From: Callorhinchus milii
Lineage: Eukaryota
Assembly (NCBI RefSeq): GCF_018977255.1
Contig: NW_024704743.1
Coordinates: 46,750,001 to 46,814,000, forward strand
Length of the DNA stretch: 64,000 nt
Direction: 5' to 3'
Numbering within the stretch: the first letter of the stretch is position 1; every line of letters starts with the position of its first letter. The notes beneath the pieces are model-generated. The model was not told where the DNA came from, searched no databases, and saw nothing but the letters and a program-made list of their open reading frames with translations. A program made the translations under genes and the position numbers. Of this stretch, positions 1 through 12,131 are shown one piece after another.

Positions 1-1215
1 GGGCCTCAATTATTTACTATCTACATTAATGATCTAGATGAGGACATCAAACTTAATATATCCAAATTCGCGGATGACACTAAACCAGGAGGGAGAGTAA
101 ACACCAAGGATGACATTAAAAAATGCAACGAGATATAGATAGGCTAGGTGAGTGGGCAAATAGGTGGCAGATGAAGTATAATGTAGTGAAATGTGGTTAT
201 CCACCTAGGTGGCAAAAACAGTAGAGCAGATTATTTTTTTAGAAGGGGAGAAATTAGATTGTGTTAGCGTTCAGAGGGACTTGGGTGTCCTTGTACACCA
301 GTCACAAAAAGTTAGTTTGCAGATACAGCAAGTAGTTAGGAAAGCTAACGGTATGTTAGCGTTTGTTACAAAAGGGTTAGAATATAAGAGTACGGAAGTC
401 TCTTCCGTATGGAAGAAAGTGGAGTCCTGTAGCTCAGTGGTTAGAGCACTCGCTTTGCAAGCGAGAGACCCGAGTTCAATTCCAGGCAGGGCGAAACCTT
501 GGGCAAGTTTCCTTACTCCACACGCCTATTAATAATCCCTCCAAAACCAAAAACAATAATAAATTGGTCATTTTCAATCCACGACTGTTTGTGGGACATT
601 GCTGTGCGCAATTGGCTGCCGCGTTCGCCCACAAATATACAGTCAATTCACTTTACAGTATATTCTGTGAAGCGCTTTGGGACGTTCTCCCGACGTGAAA
701 AGCGCTATATCAAATGCAAGGATTATTATTATTANGGGGTACAATGTAGATTCACTAAATTGGTACCAGGGATAAGGGGAATGAGTTATGAGGATAGGTT
801 GAGCAATTTAGGCCTATATTCTTTAGAATATAGAAGAATGAGAGGTGATCTTATAGAAACGACAGAATAGATAGTGGAAGACCTTTTCCCCTGTTTGGAG
901 AAACTATAACCAGGGGTCACAGTCTTAAAATTAGGGGTAAGCCCTTTCGCACTGAGTTGAGAAAAACATCTTCCCTCAGAGGCGAGTGAATTTATGGATT
1001 TCTCTACCCCAAAGGGCTGTAGATGGTCAGTCCTTGAACATATTCAAGACTGAGATTGATAGATTTCTTGTAGATAAAGGGATTAAGGGATATGGGGATA
1101 AGGCGGGTAGGTGGAGTTAGAATAGATCAGCCATGATCTTATTGAATGGCGGGGCAGGCTAGAGGGGCCGAATGGCCTACTCCTGCTCTTAATTCGTATG
1201 TTCGTATGCTCTATG
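1..1215 (+). mobile_element. CR1-clade LINE 3' fragment (degenerate reverse transcriptase C-terminus plus 3' UTR), interrupted by a SINE at 421-734
   Basis: Translates to GPQLFTIYINDLDE...SKFADDTK (RT core), QRDLGVLVH...KANGMLAF and [18 protein letters not shown], with frameshifts. It ends in an 8-bp repeat tail (TTCGTATG x2 near 1193-1208), typical of CR1. Confidence 0.9.
421..734 (+). mobile_element. tRNA-Ala-derived SINE, full length, short form
   Basis: Head GGAGTCCTGTAGCTCAGTGGTTAGAGC carries the A box, followed by stem-loop CTCGC-TTTGCAA-GCGAG and B box GAGTTCAATTCC. L2-like 3' end and (ATT)n tail. Nearly identical to 35798-36102. Confidence 0.92.
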
Positions 1216-1822
1216 TATCTTACATATATGCATGTTTCTCGCATTACATATATGGATCAGCTTCTTGTGCAATACAAGTGCGCCAGTGCGTACAAATGAA
1301 TAGTTGAATAACAACAATAACAATTAATAAATTAATAAAATTAATAAGGCACTATATCAAATGCAAGGAATATTATTATTATATATCTTTCACATTGGAA
1401 GGATGTCTTAAAGTTCTTCAATGTGGCAAACTAGTTTATTTCTATTTCCTGCTTAGTATGACATTTTAAGGAATAATTTGTATATATCACCATATCATAT
1501 TGAAATGCTTCAAAGTGTTTTACAAATACTGCTAAGTTTCTTACACCAGAAAGATATCACAACATCCTTGAGATGAATTGACTTGAAGGATTGTTGGCCA
1601 TGACATACAGAAAATTCCTTCTCTTCCTATGTGTCAAAAAATCTTTAATATTCTCCTGAAAACAGACAAGACCTCCATTTAACATCTCATTCAAAATATG
1701 TACCACTACAGCGCATCAAGGGACATTCTCATTTGTACATACCAGGAGAAAACCTACAAACAGCATAATCTTTTATTCAATATCAAAATTATCCACTTTT
1801 ATGGTTCCTTGCATGACTCCCT

Positions 1823-2194
1823 TAATAATAATAATAATAATCCTTGCACTTGATACAGCGCCTTATCACGTTTTCTAGATGTCTCAAAGCACTTCACAGA
1901 TTATATTGTCAAGTGAATTGATTGTATATTTTGTGGGCAAAACGTGGCAGCCAATTGTGCACAGCAGTGTCTCATGAACAGTGATAGATTAAGCTACCAC
2001 ATTTTGTTTTGAAGGAATTATAACCCCAGAAAAGCGATCTGCCAAATGACTAACAATCAGGTTCCAACTTGTTGCTAGGTAAACAGAGAGGCGTGGAGTA
2101 AGGAAACTTGCCAAACTTTTCACCCTGCCAGGAACAGAAGCCAGGTCCTCTCGCTTGTGAGGCAAGTGCTCTAACCACTAAACTACAGGACTCC
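1823..2194 (-). mobile_element. Same SINE family, long form
   Basis: Reverse complement shows the head (GGAGTCCTGTAG...), the extra central segment TGTTTACCTAGCA...GATCGCTTTTCTGGGG and the (ATT)n tail. Confidence 0.88.
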
Positions 2195-2289
2195 CTTTGG
2201 ATACAGTAACAATTCTAAGAAAGCACTAATACAAACCTGCACATGTAGTTTAACAATAGAAATAATCGTTACATTTGGTAGAATATCTT

Positions 2290-2660
2290 TCGTGGAGACA
2301 CCTCAAAGTGCATCACTGTAAAGGGATTTGGCTGTGTGTATTTTGTTCACAATAATGTCCCACAAACAACCATGGAGTGAGTGACCAATTTTTAAAAAAT
2401 CTTTGGGGCATTTCTGCTCTAGCACTGTCAAGTGTTCTGGGATGCCACCCTTCATGAGGGCCACTATATCAATGTAAGTTGTTGTTGTTGACCAGGATGC
2501 CGGAAGGAAGTCCATTCTTTTTGAATAGTCCCCTCGGATCTTTAACATCCACCTATATAGGCACCTCCGACAATACAGCACAACCCCAACATTGTATTGG
2601 AGTGTCAGTATAGATTATATGGATTATGAGTCCTGATGTAGGACTTCAATACAAAAGGAA
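2290..2660 (-). mobile_element. Older Deu-domain SINE (SacSINE1-like), degenerate
   Basis: Reverse complement CTGACACTCCAATACAATG...GGAGGTGCCTATATAGGTGGATGTTAAAGATCC...TGTTTGTGGGACATT resembles DeuSINE bodies as I recall them, and matches the copies at 26290 and 57080. Confidence 0.65.
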
Positions 2661-3361
2661 AGAATGTAAAGGTATTTAATACATACATGAATCTTAGAAT
2701 TAATCTCTTCAGAGAGAAAGGTTACCCTCTGACCTAGTAGCCTTGAACTGCAACAATATCATGAAAGACAGCCAACTGGTGGATGTTGGAGGACAGTGTT
2801 GTGTAAAGTTTAAGAGGGTGTTGTATATCCGAGTCCCAATCTCAAATGTCAAACATTTGAGTGAATTGCAAGAAGCCTATACCGAAGACAGTGGAAACCT
2901 AGGGCTGCATTGATGTGCTGTGGCTTATTGCTAGGAAGCAGCCTGAGTACCAGCTGTTAAGCGAAACCAAGTGGAAAACTGTGACCTATAGGAAACTATT
3001 TGAGGCACGTCTCTCTCTGAAGAGCTCGAATGAGCTGACCATAACAGCAATGGAAACAGATGCTAAATTAGATTGAATATTTTTGGCTGGGAGCCTCAGC
3101 CGTGACTGCTGCCTTCAAAAAAGATGAGAGATCATTTACTCGCATCAAAAGGCCCATCAATTGCTCTGATGAGGGATATAAAACTCGTGCACTGTACTAA
3201 AACAGCACCAAAGAAAATTCATAAAAAATAATCAATACATTTGATGTCAGGGGGATGCCTCAAAGCGCTTCACAGGATTAATACAAAGTGTAAACTGTAG
3301 GCAAATGCTTAAAATGTGAATACAAAACTATTTTGTAATGTCAAAGACAACATAGATTAGC

Positions 3362-3741
3362 CCTGTAGGCTGTAGCATATTGGTTAGAGCGCTCACCTCG
3401 CAAGCAAGAGGACCTGGGCTCAATTCCTGGGTGGGGTGAAACTTTAGGCAAGTTTCCTTACTCTACATGACCCTATTTACCTAGCAGTAAGAAGGAATTT
3501 TGTTATTGGTCAATTAGTGGATCACCTTACCGGGGGTAATAGCCCCTTCAAAATCCCTTCAAAAAAAATTAAAAAATCATAACTTGGGTCACCCAAATGT
3601 TTGTAGGACACTGCTGTATTCAATTGGCTGCCATGTTTCTCCCACAAAATATACAGTCACTATACTTTACAGTATCTGCTGTGAAGCTCTTTGAGATGTC
3701 TCAAAGACGTGAAAAGGCAAATGCAAGGATTATTATTATTA
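3362..3741 (+). mobile_element. tRNA-derived SINE, long form, diverged
   Basis: Head CTCACCTCGCAAGCAAGAGGACCTGGG, central TTTACCTAGCAGTAAG, tail AAATGCAAGGATTATTATTATT. Confidence 0.85.
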
Positions 3742-3989
3742 CAAAGAATGTACAGCATGGAAATAGGCCACTCAGTTCAAGCTTATACTCCCCACAAGTG
3801 TTCACCCATTCCTTTACTTCCTTCTGTACCATTCTATTACCCTCTGCCTTGTATAAAGGTTGAACTTCCTCTTGAATGCATCTACACTATCTGGTTCAAC
3901 CACCATTTCAGGCAGTGTGCTCCATAGTCTCACTGCCCTGTGTGAAGAAGCAGTTCCTTCTAAACTCCTTTTTTGATCTCCTAGTGACT

Positions 3990-4215
3990 ATCGTATACTT
4001 GTCATTCGGCCCATTGTGTCTGTGCCGGCTCTTTGAAAAGAGCTATCCAATTCAATCCTACTCCCCCGCTCTCTCCCCATAGCCTTGCAAACTTGTCCTC
4101 TCCAACAATTATCTATTTTTCTCTTAAAAGCTGTTATTGAATTGGCTTCCACCACCCTTTTAGGTAATGCATTCCAGATCCGAACAACACGCTGTGTGAA
4201 AAAATTTCTCCTCAC
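3990..4215 (-). mobile_element. CR1 LINE 3' end fragment
   Basis: Peptide RRNFFTQRVVRIWNALPKRVVEANSITAFKRKID in ORF 3988..4482 is the CR1 ORF2 C-terminus. Confidence 0.85.
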
Positions 4216-4500
4216 ATGTAAAAATGGCGGTGAAAATCGTAGTGAAAAAGGTAGATCTTCAGACAGCATTTGAAAGCAGAGAAGGAAGGGATGTGAATCA
4301 GGGAGTTCCAGAGGGGGCAAAATGTTTGAAGGCTTTTTCACAGATCTTGAAGAGAAGCAGGCAAGGGAGATATAGCAGGATATAGTTAGTGAGCAAAGGA
4401 TGTGACGAGGTGAGTAGGGATGCAGGAGTTCGCAGAGGGGGTTGGGTGGTGTAAGACTATGGAGGTATTTAAAAGTGAGCAAAAGGATCTTAAAATTCAG
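4216..4500 (-). mobile_element. L2-clade LINE 3' fragment
   Basis: Peptide LTFKYLHSLTPP...LLHPYSPRHILCS is similar to the L2 copy at 20308. Confidence 0.7.
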
Positions 4501-4598
4501 AAGTGTAAAATGAAAAAGTGTGATTGGGTGTAAAACACAAGAGATTTTAATTGTACCAAAAAGTAACCCATCCGCAAATTAGAATAAAAGTGCAACTT

Positions 4599-4604
4599 TT
4601 TATT
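4599..4604 (-). terminator. PLEKHA8: Probable polyadenylation signal of PLEKHA8 (3' UTR about 1.5 kb)
   Basis: AATAAA on the minus strand with TGTA elements upstream and T-rich sequence downstream, at the edge of the repeat-free stretch after the stop codon. Confidence 0.55.
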
Positions 4605-6103
4605 AAATAAGTACAAAATATATCCAGTATATACATACAGTGCATTTCTCAGTTAAATAAATTCAAATGGCTATAACTGCAAATGTTAAGCACACTGTTC
4701 ATTTTCTGCATTACAGAAGGCTTCTAAAAACTACACTAAATCAGGTTAGCTCAGTCATGTCCCATGGCAAATGGACACAACAATACATTGGCCAAAAAGG
4801 TAATGTTGGCAAATTCGTAATGTTTCTTCTAAATTGTTCATGTCAGCATCCTCTACTACATTCCTTTCAAAGCCAGGCCTTTCCCTGAATGTTTTTTTGT
4901 CCAAAGTCTTAATAGCCAGTGTCCATCAAGTGGTCTATCTTACGGTCACTGCAATGACCTCCTCAGTCAATGGTCTACATATGCCTAGTGAAAGCTATGT
5001 CATATTCAGTCCATATTAAAGTAGTGGACAACTTTGGCATGTACATGACTCACTTAAAATAAAATGTCACTTCATAAGGTGCGATGCTTTTTAGGTTACG
5101 ATCACGCCACTACAGAAATTCTTAGGCCTGTCTTAGATTGGAATGGTTTATAAGGATAAAATATGATCAATTAAATGTATGGACTAGTATGGAAAAAACA
5201 GACAAAATCGCAATTGTTAAAGCTCCAAAAAGGTCAAATCAAAGATTTCTTTCTAACCTGAAATTTGAAAAACAAATTCAGCAGAACTCGCCATTGGGTA
5301 GTTTTGTACGAAAAACAAAAGCAAATTATCTCAGTACATCAATACATGATGATGAGTTAGCATATGAATTGAAATGTAAGATTTTGCCTTTGTTCACAAC
5401 ACATTGTAGTCCCTTATTATATCATAAACTCATTCAATTCATAAACTGTATGATCGGACCAACTGCAGCTATTTGTAGGTAAGCCCTTTCTGAATGAATG
5501 ACGTTTAAGAAAAGCCTAAAAATGAATAACTACTGCTCAATTTATTACACTATTCACCATAGCTTGTGAACAACTAAAGTACACCAAAGCAAACCACATT
5601 CTGTAACAAGATGTGAACGTTTTGTGGAGCTTAGTCAATTTTAGCAAATTTTAGATGTTAATAGAGTCGCAAGATAAAAGAACATTGACATTTTGTTTCA
5701 GGGCTGTTTTATGAATTTATGAGCATAGCGTTTAGTGCTGCTTCAGAACACGTTAAAATATTTGACAACAAGAATTTATAAAGGTAGTGTTTGGCTCCAG
5801 AGAAAAATCAAAGATCTTCAAAAAGATCGGCCTCATATTCACGTGAATGTTTTAAATTCTGCAGTAGTCAGTCACACAGAAATTTAGTTCTATTTCCCCA
5901 TCATAATTCAGTAAACACTTTCCTATACCTTGGCAATTAAACAGAATGCCGTCTAAATGTAAAACAGGCAAGTATATAATCCAAAACTATTTTTGCTACA
6001 ACTTTGGTCCAGAGATAGATTTCCTTTCTCCCACATCCAGCTTGCTCCAAAATCAAAATTTCTTCCTTAAAAAGTTGATGTTATGAAAAATTCCAGTTTA
6101 TTT

Positions 6104-6301
6104 TTATACCACTTCATCGGATTCTAAATTGTATTCTTCATACAAAGCATCCAAGATATCCAGTTGCTTCTCTATAGCTGGAAGATAGTCGCTTAAATCA
6201 GTCTGCAATCCTCTACAGAAATATTCCTTCTGCTCATCACCTTCATTTACAGCAAGTGCTGCCATGAAACCTTCATAGTACGGGGCAGCCCTTAATGCCA
6301 A
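6104..6301 (-). CDS. PLEKHA8: PLEKHA8/FAPP2 coding exon 14 (last), GLTP domain C-terminus
   Basis: CAG acceptor; LALRAAPYYEGFMAAL...EKQLDILDALYEEYNLESDEVV* matches the FAPP2 C-terminus. Confidence 0.97.
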   Translation of the reverse strand: MALRAAPYYEGFMAALAVNEGDEQKEYFCRGLQTDLSDYLPAIEKQLDILDALYEEYNLESDEVV

Positions 6302-6420
6302 CTGTAAGGCAAAAATAAGTCAATTTACTTCATTTAATTTCTGGGAATAGGAAACATGCAACTGTGGTATAAATAAATTAGATTTATGCTAAGTATACGA
6401 GAAAAACAAAACCCACTTAC

Positions 6421-6482
6421 CGCAAACACACCTCTAACAACCCAACCGTGGTATTGCCGTAGTGTTCTTCCATAGGCAACAT
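6421..6482 (-). CDS. PLEKHA8: PLEKHA8 coding exon 13
   Basis: cag|AT...(N)VAYGRTLRQYHGWVVRGVFA|GTAAGT; 62 nt; contains the GLTP HGW motif. Confidence 0.96.
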
Positions 6483-8459
6483 CTGGACAAATAACACAAA
6501 CATTTATTTGCTTTGCACAAATATAAAAAGATATTCACAACATTTTAGTCTATTTACAACTTTGGGAAACCTATCACCCAAACTCAACCTACATCACATT
6601 CAAGCAGGCAAGGCAATACATGCACTGTATACATGTGCTAAACAGCTAAAAGTATACACTTAAGGATGTCACATTAACTTTGTGATTAACTTGATAATAC
6701 ATTAAGTGGGATTTCTGTGCGCTTTACTGATCAGGTTGAGTTTAGTTTTCCAATGAACAGTTTAGCATTCATTCGGGAGTTCTAAAATGATTACCTGAAA
6801 AACATAAGCTATGAATCAGAAGAACTAAATAGGATCAGTAAAATAAAGCCTGTTTTAAGGCTCTTCATTATATCACGGGGTCACTTAGAGAGATGGGACA
6901 ACATTTACTTATTTAACAACAACAATTTGCATTTGTACAGCATCCTTCACATAGGGTAGCATCTCAGAGCGCTTATTGAAATCTAAAATGTGAGCAGAAA
7001 GCCTTCTTGGCTGTTTGTGGGACATTGTTGTGCCAAATTGACTGCCACGTTTGCCTACAAATACAGTAACTACACTTAACAGTAAAATCCTGGAAAGCAG
7101 TTTGAGGCATCTCAATGTGGTGATAAGGTAACATAAGGATAAGCAAACATAAGGAACTGTATATATTTGTGTATTTTATATTGTGCTGAAAATAGACATT
7201 AAAAAATAGCAGTTTTATGAAAAAGACTTAAAAATACTGGAATTGGACTTTTCATTTCTCTTCCACAACAGAGTGTAAACTGCATTTAAAACTGATTAAT
7301 CACAAACAGCCCACAAATGAGTGCAGTTCATTACGTAGGTATCTGCCCATTTATCTGGCTGTGTTGCCATACAGAAAAATAAACATTGAGCATTCTGCGA
7401 TTTTCCAAACCCATTAAAGACTAGACTTGTATTTCTCTGAGTATTTTTGGCAGAACAATTGGAATCAGAGGAATATGGTTTCACTTTACTATTTAATTTA
7501 GAGAAATCATAAGCCATCACCCTAAAACAGCCAGACTCCTGTACAAGAACTGTCATCATCAGGTTAAAATACATTGAAACAGAGATCATCTACCTTGGTT
7601 TTGAAAGAGGTTATTATTATTACTAGGTCCACAGAAACATTGAATTCAGTCAAGTCATCGACAGGAAAAACAAAAATCACAGGGACTGTCCCTGAGTCAT
7701 TCTCAGATCAGAAATACAAAGAGTTCCCATAATCAAATGAAATGTCAGAGCAGGCTCAACGACTAAATGGCCTTTTCCTCTTCTCCTTCTAAGATTGTCT
7801 GTCAATTCGTTATGCATTGATGATCTCTTTGGTTTAATTCACAAATGTCAAATTATTCAACAGTAGGTCCGCTTTTTTACACAACTGAAAAGTAACAGGA
7901 ATGGTTATCACATGACAACTTGCATTTATATAACAATCTTCAAACAGGATAGAGTCTCAGATTACCACTCAGTGCTGGGCTTGAATACCGACCAAGGGAT
8001 AGGGGGAGATGACGATAGGGGCAGTCAAAGAGGTAGGTCTTAAGGTGGGAATTAAAGATGGATAATGAGGGCCAAGGTGCAGAGATTAAGGCAGGAAGTT
8101 TCAGAGGTTAAGGGCCGTAGTCGCTGAAGGCACAGCCACAATGGTGGCACAGAGGTGTTGTGGGACACAAAGCAGGTGTGCATTAGGTGAATCAAGAGGG
8201 ATGGTATATTAGCAGGTCAAAGAAGCAGGGAGATGCTAGGGCTGGATGGGATTGGTATGTGAGAGTGGTTTGTACGTTACATCCTCCAGACGTGAAAAGC
8301 GATATATAAATGTAAATTTGTTGTATTGTACTGAGGATCTTGAAATCAATCTTTTCGGAGACAGGGAACTAGAGCAGTCTGGCGAGGATTGGGGTGATGT
8401 GCGTGAGGAGTTTGGTCCAGGTGAAGCATTAGTCATTGTGCTTGTTTGGTTAAACTTAC

Positions 8460-8530
8460 TTAGTGCTGTTTGGATGTCCTTTTCTCCATTCATCACTTCC
8501 TCCAAAAATCCTTTCAGAAATTTCAGTCCT
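8460..8530 (-). CDS. PLEKHA8: PLEKHA8 coding exon 12
   Basis: cag|A GLKFLKGFLEEVMNGEKDIQTAL A|GTAAGT; 71 nt. Confidence 0.96.
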
Positions 8531-9106
8531 CTGTCACACAAGCACATGGAAAAGTCATTGAATTTTAAAATGTTTAAATTCAATGTCGAGGTTGATTTCA
8601 GAAAATAAAATGTTTTTAAAATACAGGACACTGAACTGATCACTCCAAGAGAAAACTGCTCAAGTGACAAGTATCCGGAGTGGCAAATTAGGTATAGGTG
8701 TTCTGGGGCCGCAAGAGGATACTGTGAGCAGGTATTGTATACACTAACACAGAGAGAGCCACTGTCAGTAGTCATACATGTCTATAATACATGTATTATA
8801 TGGAATATTGACAATGTGGCGTCTTAAATGGTATTGGCTAGTGAAGCCCAGGAGTTTACTATATAACACAATCTTCAGTGCAGCAGAAAGAAGCAATAGA
8901 GAAAGGGTAAAACAGTGTCATAAACCACAACTGTGAACCTCACACTGGTTGCCCAAGAATAAAAATGACCTTGCCACCTCTGAACTTTCACTGAATGTAC
9001 TAGGTTCAATAGCATTATTTTAGAATTAAGCCAGAGGCAGAAAGGATCGTATCAATAGCTAATTTTCTTACTTTATTCCAACAAAGTTCAATTTTTCTCA
9101 GGTAAA

Positions 9107-9132
9107 GTGCATTCTAACACTAGAGGGCAGCA
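9107..9132 (+). promoter_or_regulatory. Candidate CTCF-binding site
   Basis: CACTAGAGGGCAGCA core preceded by GTGCATTCT, which resembles the CTCF upstream motif. Motif match only. Confidence 0.45.
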
Positions 9133-9180
9133 TTGGATAAATTGAAAACTCAATGAATCTTTGTATGCTTTATAATATAA

Positions 9181-9403
9181 ATAATAATAATCCTCGCATC
9201 TGATATAGCTCTTTTCACGTCTTCTCGACGTCTTAAAGCGCTTCACAGAATAGACTGTAAAGTGAATTGACTGTATTTTTGTGAGCGAAAGGCGGCAGCC
9301 AACTGCGTGCAGCAGTGTCCCACAAACAGTCGTGGATTGAAATGACCAATTTTTTTTTTGAGGGATTATTATTAGGCGTGTGGAGTAAGGAAACTTACCC
9401 AAG
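9181..9403 (-). mobile_element. SINE short form, lacking the tRNA head
   Basis: Reverse complement CCTTGGGTAAGTTTCCTTACTCCACACGCCTAATAATAATCCC through to the (ATT)n tail. Confidence 0.85.
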
Positions 9404-10081
9404 GTTTATCTACCCTGTCATCTGACTATGTATATTCTCCCACAAAATACACAGTCACACCACCTTACAGTAAAATCTTGTGAAGCACTTTTAGATGTCT
9501 TCCCTACGTGAAAGCGCTATACCAAATGGTATGATTATTATCATGATTACTAAACTTCACATGGCTATTTAAACCAACCATACATTTTCTGAACTATTAT
9601 TTTAAAACAATTCTGTAAAAATTTGTTGGCCAAACGGTCTTCTTCTGTGCCCTAAATTTCTATGCTTCTAAATAAATAAGAGGTAGGTATTTGCCTTAGG
9701 TTTGGGGGGAGGGGGAAGAAAAGATATAAGGAGAAAGAAAATAGTCAGCCAGGGTTTCCACTGCCGACTATAACCCACTGACAGGAATGGTGATAGCCTA
9801 CACAATTTGAAGGATGAAGGAGGTTCTTTAAATTATCTGACTCATCCCTCGAGAATACCCTCCCTAACGCCCCTTGCCCCCACCCCATCTCCATATCACA
9901 GCATCAAGCTGCTTTTTAAATGAGACAGTCCAGTGTCATGACAAGCCAATTGAACCAATACTTTTCTACGGGCAGATAGCCTATTGATACTCAGTGTCAT
10001 GGAGTTCTAGAGTCCCATCACCAGCAGAACCAGAAGTCTTTCATCGTGACAAGCTTAAGGGTATTAAAGCTCAAACCATAC

Positions 10082-10212
10082 CTTTTCAGCCAAAGCAGGG
10101 CCTCAGTTGCAGAGTTTCTGACTGTGGCCACATCTGTTTCAATTTCATACAGTACTATCTTCTGAAGTGTGGTGAACCTTTCAGGATCAGTGATGTACTT
10201 CTGATTTACTTT
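10082..10212 (-). CDS. PLEKHA8: PLEKHA8 coding exon 11
   Basis: cag|KVNQKYITDPERFTTLQKIVLYEIETDVATVRNSATEALLWLK AG|GTATGG; 131 nt. Confidence 0.97.
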
Positions 10213-10364
10213 CTGGAAGCAAAATACTTTTTTTTGCAATATTGATGGGATGATGTTTTGAACCATTTAAAAGAGCAGCACTGCGTAAAACTATAATTTG
10301 TAATGTTCAGAAAAAATGCATTTATCATTTAAAATTAGATGAACAATAAATTAGTGACACTTAC

Positions 10365-10423
10365 CTTAATATTACCCACAAAATCTAACTTAACAGGTGC
10401 AAAGACTGTTGGACCAAGTTTAT
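10365..10423 (-). CDS. PLEKHA8: PLEKHA8 coding exon 10
   Basis: tag|AT (D)KLGPTVFAPVKLDFVGNIK|GTAAGT; 59 nt. Confidence 0.96.
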
Positions 10424-12045
10424 CTATGAGGGGAAACAAACAGCAACAGAAGTTCAATAAAAAACAATAGCATTCCATCATTTGTTTTGTAAGAAACAGA
10501 CTTTTGCAAACAGCTCATCTACTTTTGCATTTAATGCAGACGCAACATGAAGCAACTGTAAACCTCTTGTTGGAGAAATTAGAAAGGTAGCTGGAATTAT
10601 TTACACTGAAAGAATGACCTACATTTAATTCTTCTCTAAAACTAAACAATATTTTGAAAAAGAAAAGTCAATACATTTTTAAACTACTGAATGCTTTTGT
10701 CGCATGAAATGTCACTAGTTTCACAATCACACACTACATCGTAGGTTTCAGATCAAGGAGACGCCATGAACATTTTTCAAACAGTTTTTTTTCCAGAATG
10801 TTTTTGAACATTCTTAATCTAATGCGGGCGACTGAAAGGCAGCAACTTTTTCTTTCTGCTCGAGCTGTCTCACCAGTCACAATGGGGCCCTCCATCTTCA
10901 AAAACGAAAACATCTGTGTACAATAGAGCTTCCAAATCCAAAATGAATGAAATTGGACCTTAATTTTACGTATTATCTTCATATTGACTTTTGCCATTGC
11001 ACTTCAAAAAAAAGTGCTGCACATTTTGGGCACTAAACTTGCCCAATTTGCCACACTTTCAACACTAAACATTAAACTTCATATTCAACTTGAAAGGAAT
11101 TGAGTGTCTGAGTCTGTGTACTCTCTCAGACTAAATGCAGGTCAATACAGCCTCATATCATGGTTACCTGGGTCCAATATGTCAGAGGCACGACAAAAAA
11201 CACAGAATAATGCACAAAACGCACAGCAAGTGATTGTCAGTGGTTTCCTGACAACCCAGAATGGCTTCCAGATTGTTTGGTCACCTCAGATATCACTTCC
11301 GGTGCAATGCACATGCCTGCTAGGCAGCAAAGCATCACCGACATCACTTCAAAAAGGAAGTTGTACTTGCTGCAAATAGAACACAAGTGCAATGTGCAGT
11401 AAGTGACATAGTGACATTAATAGAGCTTCCTGCGCTCAGTGCAAATGAATGCAACATGCATGAAGTTGATCATATCACTCACTCACAACATGGTCACTGC
11501 GACACTAGATGCAGATGGCCACACTTACAACAAGGTTTCCTTGTGTTTGTATACGTATCAGTTCAAAGTTCAATAGTTGGAAGGTTACATTTACTTATTT
11601 ACAAAAAGGCTGTAACTTACAAACTATTTATGAAAGGATTCTTAAATGTTAAAATGTATCGATTGAAGAACTTTTGCAGAACAGAGAAATCAGATACTAA
11701 CTGCATATTTGAGTGTATTCATGTACTTAACTCCCACAATCTTAGTGGGGGAGATTAAATTATGATCAACCAGTGTAAGGCAAAACAAATTTAAAAAATA
11801 ATGTACACAACAGCCATCAAAAGAAAAAAAAGAAAAGCAAGCATCGAGTAGAAGAGGCATTAGCACAATCATGTTTAGGTTGGAAACTGGGGTTACAAGA
11901 CAATCGCTGACAACAGAAAAATGCAAAATAAAAAGTTAAGATATTAAAATGAGTTGGTTTCCAATTAATCCACAGGAGAGTTTGTACTATTAGTTTAAAA
12001 ATGTGAGCTAGAATATTGCAAAAATGAATATGACAAAATTCCTAC

Positions 12046-12131
12046 CTAATACTGGAACTATTGCATAACATGCTTCCAGAAACGGCACAGTTGGGATACC
12101 CTTGTCTTCTTCAAATTCAATATCATTAAAT
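12046..12131 (-). CDS. PLEKHA8: PLEKHA8 coding exon 9
   Basis: tag|A FNDIEFEEDKGIPTVPFLEACYAIVPVL G|GTAGGA; 86 nt; start of the GLTP domain. Confidence 0.96.

Noticed and set aside
421..495. Apparent tRNA-Ala(TGC) genes here and at 35798, 28596 and 54602
   Set aside because: There is no 3' acceptor-stem strand complementary to GGAGTCC, and each continues into a SINE body.
499..870. Recurring ORF peptides MGKFPYST... and ESCSSVVRALALQ... at several loci
   Set aside because: These are translations of the SINE sequence, not a gene family.
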